64,000 nt of DNA from Nostoc sp. (lineage in GTDB: Bacteria > Cyanobacteriota > Cyanobacteriia > Cyanobacteriales > Nostocaceae): assembly GCA_036918135.1 (NCBI GenBank), contig JBALDB010000020.1:64001-128000 (forward strand). The letters run 5' to 3'. A program made the translations under genes and the position numbers. Shown here piece after piece: positions 42,816-53,397 of this stretch (its first letter is position 1; each line of letters opens with the position of its first letter). The notes under the pieces are model-generated. The model saw only the letters and a program-made list of their open reading frames with translations, did not search any database and was not told where the DNA came from.

Positions 42816-43082
42816 AAGCTCTTAATCCCCGGAAGCACCTTGATAATGTTGGCTTTATTGTGTTGCCCAGTTTTTATTTCCCTTATTTGTAATTCGTAAT
42901 TCGTAATACTCACTTGGGCGTGAGAAGCAAGCTATATATTTTTCCTAATTACAATCAGTGGTAGCGGCTGAACTCTTTACTGTCTTGTTGACCACTGAAT
43001 TACAAATGAGCATCTGAGCTGCTATACCCTTTTTAATTACAAATTACGAATTACAAATTACGAATTACGAATTAGTAATTAT

Positions 43083-44279
43083 TTAGCACTGTTTTTGCAG
43101 TTCCTTCTCTAAACTCAAGACTGGCTTTTGTTGCCCACGTTTGCGTAATGTGACGGTAGCAGCCCCAAGTCCGAGTAATGCTAGACCTAACGCTGAACTA
43201 GGTTCAGGTACTTGAGTTGTGCCCTCTACATTTAACACTTGAACGCGACCTTGGAAGAAATCGCCCACATAAAGCTTGCCATCTTTAAGGGCTGTCCCAC
43301 CCGTCCAGTTAAATCTGCCAGGAGTGAGGTCGAGGGGATTACCAAAAGGAGGACCAGTTAATGCTGGAGGTGGGACTGGGTTGCCTGATGCATCTAGGGC
43401 GGGTTGACCGTAGGAAGTCAGAAACTTACCGTTTTTATCAAATACCTGAACGCGGCTATTGATAGAATCAGCTACATAGACATTCTCTTGGTCGTCCACT
43501 TCGATGCCAATTGGCTGAAGAAGCTGTCCAGGTTCGCTACCTGCTGAACCAAATGCGTACAGAGGTTTACCATTTGGATCGAGTACTTGAACGCGGTTGT
43601 TATACTGGTCAGCTAGAAAGATATTTCCACTAACTGGGGAAATTCTTATACCTGCTACACCTTGAGTTTCTCCAAGTCCAGTGCCAACGGTGCCACCAAT
43701 GACACCAAGTGGCTGTCCGTCTGGTGTGAATTTAAGGATTCTTTCACCGTTAAAATCACCAACGTACACGTTGCCAGCTTTGTCAAATGTCACACCAGAT
43801 GGTCCAAAGAAAAGCCTATCATTTATACGAGGGGTAAATTCTCCATTTGCAAAGGATCTAATAAAGTTACCCTGAGAATCGAATTGATTGATGCGGTTGT
43901 TGTAAACATCACCTGCATACAGATCCCCTGTTACGGGATTAAAGTCTACAGTTGTTGGCTCATCAAATTGTCCGGGTCCTGTGCCGCCAGAGCCAATTGC
44001 TCCAATATACTCACCGCTAGGACTAAATTTTTCAATTTTGTCACCGAGGTTGAAATTAGGAGTACCATCCGGGTTAACACCGCGTCCGTTAGCTACGTAG
44101 GTATTCCCTTGGTCATCCACTGCTATGCCTTGGGGAACAAACAGCTGCCCAGGACCGAAGCCAGGGCTACTGATAATTCTATCTTGAGTTAATGTTACAG
44201 CCTTGGCTTGGGCTGCCGTTGCCAACACCATGAATCCAGTACCAAGAATGCCGATTGATATATTTTTGACTAGTCCCAT
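43083..44279 (-). CDS. scyF: ScyF, NHL-repeat PEP-CTERM protein
   Basis: Signal peptide, NHL repeats (YVADSINSRVQVFD), VPEP plus TM plus basic tail; sixth gene of cluster. Confidence 0.92.
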   Translation of the reverse strand: MGLVKNISIGILGTGFMVLATAAQAKAVTLTQDRIISSPGFGPGQLFVPQGIAVDDQGNTYVANGRGVNPDGTPNFNLGDKIEKFSPSGEYIGAIGSGGTGPGQFDEPTTVDFNPVTGDLYAGDVYNNRINQFDSQGNFIRSFANGEFTPRINDRLFFGPSGVTFDKAGNVYVGDFNGERILKFTPDGQPLGVIGGTVGTGLGETQGVAGIRISPVSGNIFLADQYNNRVQVLDPNGKPLYAFGSAGSEPGQLLQPIGIEVDDQENVYVADSINSRVQVFDKNGKFLTSYGQPALDASGNPVPPPALTGPPFGNPLDLTPGRFNWTGGTALKDGKLYVGDFFQGRVQVLNVEGTTQVPEPSSALGLALLGLGAATVTLRKRGQQKPVLSLEKELQKQC

Positions 44280-44326
44280 GAGTTTTAAGTCCTGGTTGTA
44301 TGAGTTATACTCTTTCCTAGACTAAT

Positions 44327-44413
44327 TTCGTTCCCAGTCCCAGTTTGGGAACCCTGAAATTTGGGCTGCTGCTTCTTGTTTGAAATGCAACTTTCTGTGT
44401 AGAGGCAGCAGCC
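44327..44413. repeat. REP-like palindromic element between scyE and scyF
   Basis: GTTCCCA-GTCCCAGTT-TGGGAAC hairpin followed by GGCTGCTGCTTCT...AGAGGCAGCAGCC stem. Confidence 0.55.
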
Positions 44414-44453
44414 TTTCTGTGAGCATTCCCTGACAAAGTCAGGTAAAGAGGAA

Positions 44454-45827
44454 TTAGACAGTTTCTGCTTTAGCTATAAATTCGCCCAACTTTTGTTGGC
44501 GTCTGCGCTTGGCGCGAGCAGCAGTTAGGCCTACACCAGCAAGTGCCAATAAGCCGACTACTGAACCAGGTTCGGGGACTACTTGTGTAACGAGACCATC
44601 CACTCGAACAACCTCTCCTCGTTCTGGACCAACACCGCGATTGGTAATATAAATCTTGCCGTCAGGGCCAATATCAATTCCATCAGCCGAATCTAAGCCT
44701 TGACCTGCTGCGACAAGTGTTGTGCGAGTGCCGTCAGCAGCAACTTGGATTAAAGAACCGGGTAGATTTGTGATGTCACCCCCTAATTGGGATGTGTCAC
44801 TGAACTGTAAGACCAGCAAATTGCCATTCTCATCGAAGGTTAGGTCTGTAATGTGCGTAAACCCATCCAGATAAAGTTCTGGTTTTCCATCCTTACCAAT
44901 GCGGTAAATCCGTGACTTACCTTCTGGATAGGGAAAACCCGTATATTCGCCAACGTACAAATCTCCATCGGGACCAATTGCACCACCTGTCGGTACTGCT
45001 TGAATTGCTACTTTTCCTCCTGGCAGCTCCTCTAATAACCCAGGAGGTAGTTGTAATCCAGGTGGTAAGTCGGACTTACTAATGATAGTTTTCGGAATTG
45101 GAATTGCTTGGGACTCACTTCCGTCAAGTTTGATTTTGTAAGCAGTGTTCCCACCCCCGTCAACGACATAAGCATTATCACCACTAATAGTCAGGTCATA
45201 GGGATTAGTAACGATATCCCCACCATCTGGATTTTTGGTGATTTCATTCTTAGCAAAGTCAAAAATACTGGTGAGAGCTCCTGTGTTCAAGTCAACTTTG
45301 GACAGTTGTGCTAAGAGCGGTGTATTCAAAACTTTATCCGGTGTTGATGGCGGGAAAGTAGCAAGTTGTTGCGGTGGGATAGGGTATTGAGAACCAAGGT
45401 TAAGTGTCTCTAAATCGCGGTTTCCTGGATAACCAGCAAACCCAGTCAGAAGATAGGCTTGTCCTGAAGAGTCGAATTGTATGTCTTGAATACCAGCGCC
45501 TTGGTTGCCAGTGGGTTGTTCTGCTAAAGACTGAAAGTTATTAAGTAGACGCTGTATGGTACCGTCTGGTGAAACTTTAACTAGTGAACCAGTGTTACCA
45601 GCACAGATAGGTTGAAACAACGTACTCGGAGATGGTTGGCAATTTCCGTTTCCGCCGATACCTGGCTCTGCTACATAGAGATTGTCATCAGCGTCAAAGC
45701 TAACACCCCGTGCATTACTAATTCCACCGACAATTGGCGTCAGGGTTACAGCTTGTACAGATGGGATTCCACAAATAGCAGTAAAACAAAATGTAACAGA
45801 TGTAAAAGCAAATGACTTGAGTTTCAT
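44454..45827 (-). CDS. scyE: ScyE, ScyD/ScyE-family PEP-CTERM protein
   Basis: Signal peptide, beta-propeller-like repeats, EYTGFPYPEG, VPEP sorting tail. Confidence 0.92.
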   Translation of the reverse strand: MKLKSFAFTSVTFCFTAICGIPSVQAVTLTPIVGGISNARGVSFDADDNLYVAEPGIGGNGNCQPSPSTLFQPICAGNTGSLVKVSPDGTIQRLLNNFQSLAEQPTGNQGAGIQDIQFDSSGQAYLLTGFAGYPGNRDLETLNLGSQYPIPPQQLATFPPSTPDKVLNTPLLAQLSKVDLNTGALTSIFDFAKNEITKNPDGGDIVTNPYDLTISGDNAYVVDGGGNTAYKIKLDGSESQAIPIPKTIISKSDLPPGLQLPPGLLEELPGGKVAIQAVPTGGAIGPDGDLYVGEYTGFPYPEGKSRIYRIGKDGKPELYLDGFTHITDLTFDENGNLLVLQFSDTSQLGGDITNLPGSLIQVAADGTRTTLVAAGQGLDSADGIDIGPDGKIYITNRGVGPERGEVVRVDGLVTQVVPEPGSVVGLLALAGVGLTAARAKRRRQQKLGEFIAKAETV

Positions 45828-45965
45828 ACCTTTGGAGATTGAGAGTTAAATAAGTGGAAATTTTTATGGTTTTAAAGACAACGAATCCCAGTGTTTGAGG
45901 AATGTATGGAAAATGCTGAGAGGTATTGGTATTGGTTTAAAGTTCTTTACTTGAGCGCCATGACT

Positions 45966-47228
45966 TTATTTATGGAAGGTTTGGGGGTTCTTGCGCTTGT
46001 GCAGCCAATAAACTCCCAAAGCACCGATCGCTAATACGCCTAAAGGAGAACTCGGTTCTGGAACAGACTTGACATTTTCAATTCTGAGAACTTGTCCCTG
46101 ACCTGGGCTAGCGCCTCGGTTTGTGACGTATACTGCACCATCAGCACCAATAGTCAAGGCGCTAGGCGACTCTAATCCATTGCCGCTCAAAAGAGTTGTG
46201 CGTGTGCCATCGGTAGCTATTTTGATTACAGAACCATCAAAATTACCCTTCCAGGCTGACTGATTAGCGTACTGCAAAGCATATAAATTGCCCGCAGTAT
46301 CAAATTGCAAGTCTGTGAGTTGGGTAAAACCATCTGCAAAGACTGTTGGCTTACCATCAGCGCCAATTCGATAGATTTTAGCCCCACCTTCTGGGAAGGG
46401 AAAACCAGTAAATTGGCTGACATAATAAGCACCGTCAGGCCCTTTGGCCACACTTGAGGGTACTGCTTGACTTGCAAACTGCGATTGCACCGGGTCATTT
46501 TCAGATGGCACCTGTGCAGGTTCGTTGGATGGCGTTCCAGAAGGGGGAAAGACTGGATTAGTCAATATATCTTGAGGAAATGTGGTAAGAGCGTACAAAT
46601 TACTACCATCAGTATTCACACTCAGCAGGTCGTTTGCACCTGCATCAGTTGCAACTAACTTATTACCGTCAATTACAAAACCTAAGGGATTGCTATCGAC
46701 ATCACTACCATCAGGATTGTTGGCGAGTTCATAGTTAGCTAAATCAGCAACACTCGTCCAGGAATTGGTATTAAAATCGGGAGCGATAATTTTACCGAGG
46801 TCTGTGTTACCCAAATTGCGATCGCGAAAGGCTGGATTAGCCCCATATCCAATCAGAACATAAGGTTTACCTGTAGCATCAAATTGGATATCACGAGCGC
46901 CAGTCCCTCCAGTACCATCTGGTAGTGCTAAGGAAGGAAGTCCTGTAAGTATCCGCTTAGTCTTACCATTCTCAATTTTGGTAACTGCACCAGTTGTGCC
47001 ATAGCATAGAGAATCGCCTTGACCACTTGGTGGTGGAACACAAGCTCCACTTCCCCCGATTCCCGCCTCTGTAACATAGAGATTACCATTGGGGTCAAAG
47101 CTCAGACCTCCAGGATTATATAGACCGTCAGCAATTACCGAAAACGATGTAGCTGAGGCAGCTTTCATCCCAGAAAAAGCAGCAATCCAAAAACTGAAAA
47201 AAGTAATAGTAAGTTGTTTGACTTTCAT
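45966..47228 (-). CDS. scyD: ScyD, ScyD/ScyE-family PEP-CTERM protein
   Basis: Likely start MKVKQL (47228); QFTGFPFPEG; VPEP tail; paralog of adjacent scyE. Confidence 0.92.
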   Translation of the reverse strand: MKVKQLTITFFSFWIAAFSGMKAASATSFSVIADGLYNPGGLSFDPNGNLYVTEAGIGGSGACVPPPSGQGDSLCYGTTGAVTKIENGKTKRILTGLPSLALPDGTGGTGARDIQFDATGKPYVLIGYGANPAFRDRNLGNTDLGKIIAPDFNTNSWTSVADLANYELANNPDGSDVDSNPLGFVIDGNKLVATDAGANDLLSVNTDGSNLYALTTFPQDILTNPVFPPSGTPSNEPAQVPSENDPVQSQFASQAVPSSVAKGPDGAYYVSQFTGFPFPEGGAKIYRIGADGKPTVFADGFTQLTDLQFDTAGNLYALQYANQSAWKGNFDGSVIKIATDGTRTTLLSGNGLESPSALTIGADGAVYVTNRGASPGQGQVLRIENVKSVPEPSSPLGVLAIGALGVYWLHKRKNPQTFHK

Positions 47229-47338
47229 ATTTTGTCTTTTGTCATTTGTCATTTGTTATTTGTTAACTGACTAATGACCAATAACGAACGACCAATGACC
47301 GATACTTCTCTACAAGAGGCTGCGCTCAGTACAAGTGA

Positions 47339-48310
47339 CTAATGACTATTGACCAATGACTCTTGAGTTTTTGGCAGATAACTCATTCCGCGATCGAATG
47401 ATTTGAGGTTGCCAGCTTTGGCTTCGAGTAAACGTTTAATGTTCATGCTCTCCGCTCCAAAGTCTTCAATTTGAAGTTTGCCGTGGGTGACAGTTCCATC
47501 TGCTTTCCAGAATGTGATTCGATGCAAGATAAAACCAGAAGCCTCAGGGTCAGCGAAAGCATAGGCAGTTGGAATAAGTAGTGCTACAGAACGCTGATAA
47601 TATTCGTAATTTGGATAAAAATATTCTTGTTCGAGTAAGTAATATTTACTCAGACTATGAACTCGCACAGAAACTTTTACCTGCTGGTCATATTCATCTT
47701 TGAATTCTCCTGATTCAAGACCAATCTCGCCATTTGGTCGCAGTAAATGCGCCCACTGATCTATGTTTTGTAAATCAGTTAAATACTCAATGCCAATTTC
47801 AACAGGGGCATCAACATAGATAGTGTCTGTATCAATAAAGTAGCGTCCTTTGGCTGCTGTAGTCAGACCAGCCTTGCGTTCTAAATTACCTTTGAGAGAA
47901 CGACATTCGGAAGTGTGTACTGTATGAATTCCCTGCATAATCATCTGAGTCTGCCGTTTAGGATCGACAAAGCTCAACCAGTGAAAGTACACACCTTTTT
48001 CATCTGTTCCCGGCTCAATGTAATCTGTAGGAAAGAGCAAGACAGGGTAAACCTGAAAATATTTCTGATACTCTAACCCGCAATGCCACTCGATACCGTA
48101 GAAAAGTGGATTCTCTAGTTTTTTAACGTGGTAGTAGAGATTATTGTGATAACCAGAGGCACTTCCCAACCAGGTATCTTCATCGATTTGCTCTTTCATC
48201 CGACTATAAAGCGTCCATTCATCCAAGTTTTTTAAACTACAAAGGTAGTCAAAAGCAATCTTTGGTGAAGTAGCAATATAAGCTGATGTTGCAAATGTAT
48301 TTTTTTCCAC
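47339..48310 (-). CDS. scyC: Scytonemin cyclase/decarboxylase ScyC
   Basis: GTG start; internal two-fold repeat (YL..L.N.D.W); third gene after ThDP enzyme and Leu-DH homolog. Confidence 0.9.
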   Translation of the reverse strand: MEKNTFATSAYIATSPKIAFDYLCSLKNLDEWTLYSRMKEQIDEDTWLGSASGYHNNLYYHVKKLENPLFYGIEWHCGLEYQKYFQVYPVLLFPTDYIEPGTDEKGVYFHWLSFVDPKRQTQMIMQGIHTVHTSECRSLKGNLERKAGLTTAAKGRYFIDTDTIYVDAPVEIGIEYLTDLQNIDQWAHLLRPNGEIGLESGEFKDEYDQQVKVSVRVHSLSKYYLLEQEYFYPNYEYYQRSVALLIPTAYAFADPEASGFILHRITFWKADGTVTHGKLQIEDFGAESMNIKRLLEAKAGNLKSFDRGMSYLPKTQESLVNSH

Positions 48311-48356
48311 TTTTAACTCCTGAAATCAACAGTTAATAATTAGCAAGCATTAACAA

Positions 48357-49418
48357 TTAAGCTGCGACAGTCTTAGTTTGGTTTCGTTTAGCCTTGGCAA
48401 TTCTGTCTTCTGCTAATCGTTTAGCAGCATCATTAGTAGTAATTCCTTGCTGTTTAGCAATATCAAAAATTGCTAGTAATGTGTCATAAATGTTATAGAC
48501 TTGCTTCAAAGCTTTTTCTTCGTCATAGCCAATCATTTCGTTGTAAACATTAATTAGTCCTCCGGCATTAATTACATAATCTGGGCTGTAAATAATTCCT
48601 TTTTTAGCAAGCATTTGACTATGTAGTTGCTCATTCTCTAATTGATTATTAGCTGCACCAGCAACAATAGAAGCTCGTAGAAAAGGAATTGTATGGCTAT
48701 TAAGAATTGCTCCTAAAGCACAAGGGGCAAAAACATCTACATCAAGAGAACAAATTTCGGATGGTTCTACAACAGTTGCACCATAAAGCCGTTTTACTTC
48801 TTCTGCTTTTACTGGATCTATATCGCTGACAAAAAGTTGAACATCATGTTCGTGCAAGTGTCGGCAGAGATTTTTACCTACATTTCCCAGACCTTGAACT
48901 GCTACTTTCAGTCCATCAAGTCTTTGAGTTTGCCAACGAAACTCGACAGCAGCTTTAATTCCGAGAAAAACTCCTAAAGATGTTATTGGGGCTGGGCCAC
49001 CAGATTTTTCGGATACCCCAACAACATATTTAGTTTCTTGACTGATTGTTCGTACATCTGATGGGGTAATATTTACGTCTTGTCCAGTAATAAAACGCCC
49101 ATTAATACTGTTAACAAAACGTCCATAAGCTCTCAACAAGTCATCTGTTTTATTTTCTGGATTAGCGATGATAACTGCTTTTCCCCCACCAGCTGGAATG
49201 TTGGCACAGGCAGCTTTGTATGTCATTCCACGACTCAGACGAAGAGCATCTTGTAAAGCAGCTTCTTCACTAATATAAGGGAAGAGTCTTGTAGCTCCCA
49301 TTGCTGGCCCCAAACTTGTATCATGGATGGCAATAATTGCCTTAATTTCTGGATTTTTACCATGACAGAAAAGAACTTGTTCGTGACCCATTTCTCTAAC
49401 AGTTTCAAATAGCAGCAT
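48357..49418 (-). CDS. scyB: Tryptophan dehydrogenase ScyB (Leu dehydrogenase family)
   Basis: IAIHDTSLGPAMG, GMTYK, GGGKAVI, QGLGNVG, AGAANNQL, PDYVINAGG. Confidence 0.93.
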   Translation of the reverse strand: MLLFETVREMGHEQVLFCHGKNPEIKAIIAIHDTSLGPAMGATRLFPYISEEAALQDALRLSRGMTYKAACANIPAGGGKAVIIANPENKTDDLLRAYGRFVNSINGRFITGQDVNITPSDVRTISQETKYVVGVSEKSGGPAPITSLGVFLGIKAAVEFRWQTQRLDGLKVAVQGLGNVGKNLCRHLHEHDVQLFVSDIDPVKAEEVKRLYGATVVEPSEICSLDVDVFAPCALGAILNSHTIPFLRASIVAGAANNQLENEQLHSQMLAKKGIIYSPDYVINAGGLINVYNEMIGYDEEKALKQVYNIYDTLLAIFDIAKQQGITTNDAAKRLAEDRIAKAKRNQTKTVAA

Positions 49419-49571
49419 TTTGGTTTCTCAATATTGATTTTGGGTTGATTAACGCAGGTTTTTTGTTGCCCTCTCTAGACGTATAGAGAAGTCGGAAGGG
49501 TAGCGTTAGCGTGTAGGTTCTCAGAAAAAAGTACTGCCAAGAGAAAGATACTAATTAGAAGGCTCTTAAAG

Positions 49572-51467
49572 TCAAACTAAGGGAAATGAAACTGGTTTGG
49601 TTGGAGTTTGAGTTGGGCTTGATTTGACTCCTTGTGCTGCCAAACTCTTATTACGTCCACCAGAAGGTGCTGAGCGATCGCCATCAATTACTACATCGAT
49701 CAGAAAAGGAACATTTGAGTCAAGCGCTTGTTCTAATGCGGCTTCAATATCCGACTCTCTAACAACTACGACCGCTTCTGCTCCCATCCCACGAGCAATC
49801 ATGGCGAAGTTTGTCGGTGGCAGTGTTGCGTCCGCACCTTTTAATCCCAGGATTTTCATCCCTTGATGGCACATGTTGTAACGTGCATCGTTGAGTACTA
49901 TCCAAATAGCCGGAATTTTGTATTTCACAGCAGTGCTGATTTCGTTATTCATCAGCATTGCCCCATCGCCGACAATACCTACAGCTTTGCTATTGTTCGC
50001 CAACGCTGCACCCAATACTCCTGTGACAGCGTGACCCATTGCTCCAACTCCGGTGCTGACTCGGTAACGATTGGCTTGGGTAAATTGTAGTAGATGCGTT
50101 GACCAAGTAAATGAGTTACCACACTCTGCCATGACTATGGCATCGCTACCCTCAACAACAATCTTTTGAATTGCTGCCATCAATACTTCTGGTCGCACTG
50201 GATAGTCTACTTCCAAAGCAGGTTCGATTGCTTTGTTTTCTGGACGAGGTAGCGGTAAAGCTACAAAATTATCAGGAGCATCTGGTAAGCGCTGCAACAG
50301 TTCTTGAACAAATGTTTTGATGTCAGACCGAACCCCGAAAGTTTGGGCGTGTGGATAAGCTATTCCTGGCACTTCTGGGTCAATATCTACATGGATAAAG
50401 CCACCTTTAGGAACTAAGGCCGAACTCCAAAAGGAAGTCGGTTCGCCAAGACGAGTGCCTAATACGAGTGTGCGTAGTGGAGGTTGCTGTTCCATATAAG
50501 TTAAGACGGAAGCATGACCGCCTAAACCCGTGACACCGATAAACTGGGGATGATCTTCAGGAAAAATGCCTTTACCGCGAGGTGAGGACATCACAGCTGC
50601 TCCGGTTTTTTCGGCGAGTTGGCGGATTTCCTCTGCTGCGTCACGGGCACCGAAACCAACCCAGATGGCAAAGGGACCGGATGATAGTAACTCTACAGAT
50701 TTAGCGATCGCTTCACTAGAAGGAGTTACCCGAAAACGAGAAACATCTAGTTGGGGTAAGGCTACATCTTGAACTAAACTTGTCTGCACAGCGGTAGGAA
50801 TGCTCAAATGAGCAACAAATCCCTCTGGTTGCGCCAAAGCTAGGGCAAGTTTGCGAAAAATCTGTGGGAGTTGAGCGGCAGATTCGATGGTAATTGCATA
50901 GTTGAATAGCGCTCCTGGGGTAAAAATTCCCCCGCTCGGCAATGTGTAGGTGCTGGTTTCTTGAATTGCCCAGCGTCCACGCTGTGGTGCGGAGGTACAA
51001 GCCGACAGCAAAATCACTTTTGCACCTTCGCCACGAGCCGCAAATAAGCCGGTGAGGGCGTTGGTAATTCCTGGGCCTGCTGTGGTGAAGACTACGCTAG
51101 GGCGATTACTAGCAAAATATGCTTCGGTCGCTGCAAAGGCTGCTCCTGCTTCATGGCGGAAGTTTAACACCTCTATGGTGCTATTGGATAATGCGCCCCA
51201 AAGGCTTGCCATCGCCCCACCAGCAACACCAAAGGCGTAGTTTACTCCCAAATCGACTAACATCTGGGCGATGGCATCTGCAACTGAGAGTGTTGGGGTT
51301 GTTTCATTGGAGAAAAAAGGTTGAATTTCCCCATTCTTCTGTGATTCATCAAGTTGATGGGAGTTAGACACAGATTCTACGTATTTGTTTGGTGGAAATT
51401 CGTTGTATGGCTCAGTAGCAATTAGAGGAGAGTTTGAACCTGTATAGTTTTGACTCATAGGTTTCAC
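49572..51467 (-). CDS. scyA: ThDP-dependent acyloin synthase ScyA
   Basis: FRHEAGAAFAA, TTAGPGITN, ThDP motif GDGAMLM...IVLND; first gene of cluster. Confidence 0.93.
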   Translation of the reverse strand: MKPMSQNYTGSNSPLIATEPYNEFPPNKYVESVSNSHQLDESQKNGEIQPFFSNETTPTLSVADAIAQMLVDLGVNYAFGVAGGAMASLWGALSNSTIEVLNFRHEAGAAFAATEAYFASNRPSVVFTTAGPGITNALTGLFAARGEGAKVILLSACTSAPQRGRWAIQETSTYTLPSGGIFTPGALFNYAITIESAAQLPQIFRKLALALAQPEGFVAHLSIPTAVQTSLVQDVALPQLDVSRFRVTPSSEAIAKSVELLSSGPFAIWVGFGARDAAEEIRQLAEKTGAAVMSSPRGKGIFPEDHPQFIGVTGLGGHASVLTYMEQQPPLRTLVLGTRLGEPTSFWSSALVPKGGFIHVDIDPEVPGIAYPHAQTFGVRSDIKTFVQELLQRLPDAPDNFVALPLPRPENKAIEPALEVDYPVRPEVLMAAIQKIVVEGSDAIVMAECGNSFTWSTHLLQFTQANRYRVSTGVGAMGHAVTGVLGAALANNSKAVGIVGDGAMLMNNEISTAVKYKIPAIWIVLNDARYNMCHQGMKILGLKGADATLPPTNFAMIARGMGAEAVVVVRESDIEAALEQALDSNVPFLIDVVIDGDRSAPSGGRNKSLAAQGVKSSPTQTPTKPVSFPLV

Positions 51468-51673
51468 GTAATTACATCAAGTTACACAAACGCTGCTTGG
51501 TTTACAATCACAGCAGTGAAAATATTTAATACAAACAACTATGTATTTTTTACAAGGATCGCTAAGTTTAGTTGATAGTAGAAAGTATCGGTCGCTATTG
51601 ATTAATGCTTGTGAACGGATTACCAAAAAATTTTGCAAAGCCTATAGTAATCAAAGCTGTGCTTCCAGAAATT

Positions 51674-51870
51674 AGAATAAAGGAGATAAATAGAGATATG
51701 CAATCAAAAATCTTTTGATGAGCGTGTCAAATTTTTCGCTGATATTGTGATGATTACACTAGTTACCTAAGGCTCAGCGTATATAAAGTTTGACGAGTTG
51801 ATGAGGTTTAATCTAATCAAGATTAGTGTGCAATGAAAAATCTTTCGATTAGCATGTCAAATTTTTCGCT
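51674..51870 (-). promoter_or_regulatory. Putative scyA promoter with two 42-bp direct repeats
   Basis: 51699-51740 and 51829-51870 are 38/42 identical, offset 130 bp; minus-strand TTGCAT-N18-TATTCT abuts the proximal copy. Confidence 0.7.
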
Positions 51871-52360
51871 TTTGTGATAATAGCTACAATATTCACTTAG
51901 CGACTTGGGAAGATTAGTACATTGCGATCGCAGCTATATCACTACATTTACAGTGAAAATATTTGAATTTTGATGCACATCAAAAGTGTTTTAGCTTACT
52001 TTTCACATCTGGCTAGGTTGTATGGCTCAATAAAGAGTGAAGCTAATAAGTTCGTTGATTTAACCGATCGCCAAAATCAGACAAAATTAAAGCCTGAGCA
52101 ACTACAACAGGTTAGTAAGCGTTAAGAAAGTCGGTGGGAATAAACAGAACTATATTAATAAGATTAGAGTATAAGATGACGAAGAAAATAACCTTTATTT
52201 TTTTCATTACAAAGATTTACATAGTTTAGTTTAATCACGCTGATTTACTTATCGCTGTAAAATTACTCCCTCCAGAGTAAAATCATTAATTCTTGCCAGA
52301 CAAGACTTTCAGCTAAAAAAGATGATTGTAGCAATATACTACAAAATAAAGCTTCTAAGC

Positions 52361-52470
52361 TAGGAACTCCAAGAAATAAATTATCCCATTTGAAGTTGCT
52401 GATTGATGACTGATAACTGTTGACTGTTGAGTGTGAGCAGGGGAATATTTTTTTATTTGTCAGTTCCCTA
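52361..52470. repeat. Miniature inverted-repeat element, family B
   Basis: GGAACT..AAGAAATAAATTATCCC ... GGGAATATTTTTTTATTTGTCAGTTCC termini; second copy 63239-63346; partial copies near 23205, 26820, 28430, 15660. Confidence 0.8.
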
Positions 52471-53397
52471 ATTAGCGTCTGTTATTAAAAAGTTGCCTTT
52501 AATTTTTCGTTGCCCAGAATCAGCAAAAATTACAATGTATTTCTTGAGACAGATGACTTGGGACATTTGTCTATAGTTAAATCTCGTGAGAGTGTACATT
52601 AAGATAAATTAATAATACCTTTGCTAATTTTTTAGAACAACCCATAATGCGGGTTTTGGAGTATGGGTTTCAACAGCAATTTAAAAGCCGGAAACCTATA
52701 TTAGCTAAGGATTTAGCTTTTTCATCTAGTTCCAATATTCTAATTTTGGCGAAGGTATTGATTAAAAAATGAATTGATGAGCAGATTTCTGCTTATTCAA
52801 GCTTATTTAACCAGGGCAAATTGATTTATGTCGATAATCAAACGACTATACACTAGTACCACATTTGTATCAATACGCTACCCTTAGCTTGCTTTTTTGC
52901 AATACTATGTGGGATTCAAAATCAAAAAGCTTAGATTATAAGTTTTTTACGAATTTTCTAGCTTGCTCTCAGGTACGGATGTGATTGGTGTATTTATTAT
53001 GTCGTTAGCCAGTAGTTAGCTGTAATATTGGCGCAATTAAAATTTTAAATAGTTTTTAACTTAATAGATTAAGGGTTTTTAACTCTTATCTAATAAGCTT
53101 GATTGGCTAATCTTGATTTGATTAGTCTAAATTTCCTATATGGGTAAAAAGTTAATTTAGTCAATAATCAACTTTAATTATCTTAATTTTTTTTTTAGGA
53201 TTTTTGGGTTAGATTATTCACTTTTGAGACTCTTTCTTGATATGATAAGTTTTGTAAAGTTAGTTAATAATTTTATTTCATTTGCAAAATAACTGGATTT
53301 TCAGCAGCCTAACACTGTATTAAGGATTTTAGGTGATTGGGATTATTAACTCATTAACAGCTATGGTGCTGATTGCTTACAAGGAGCAAGTAGAGAT

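Noticed and set aside
43662..44192. 176-aa plus-strand ORF
   Set aside because: Entirely antisense to scyF, no motifs
47229..47252. Longer ScyD start MTNDKRQN
   Set aside because: Translation of ACAAATG heptamer repeats; the signal peptide fits the ATG at 47228
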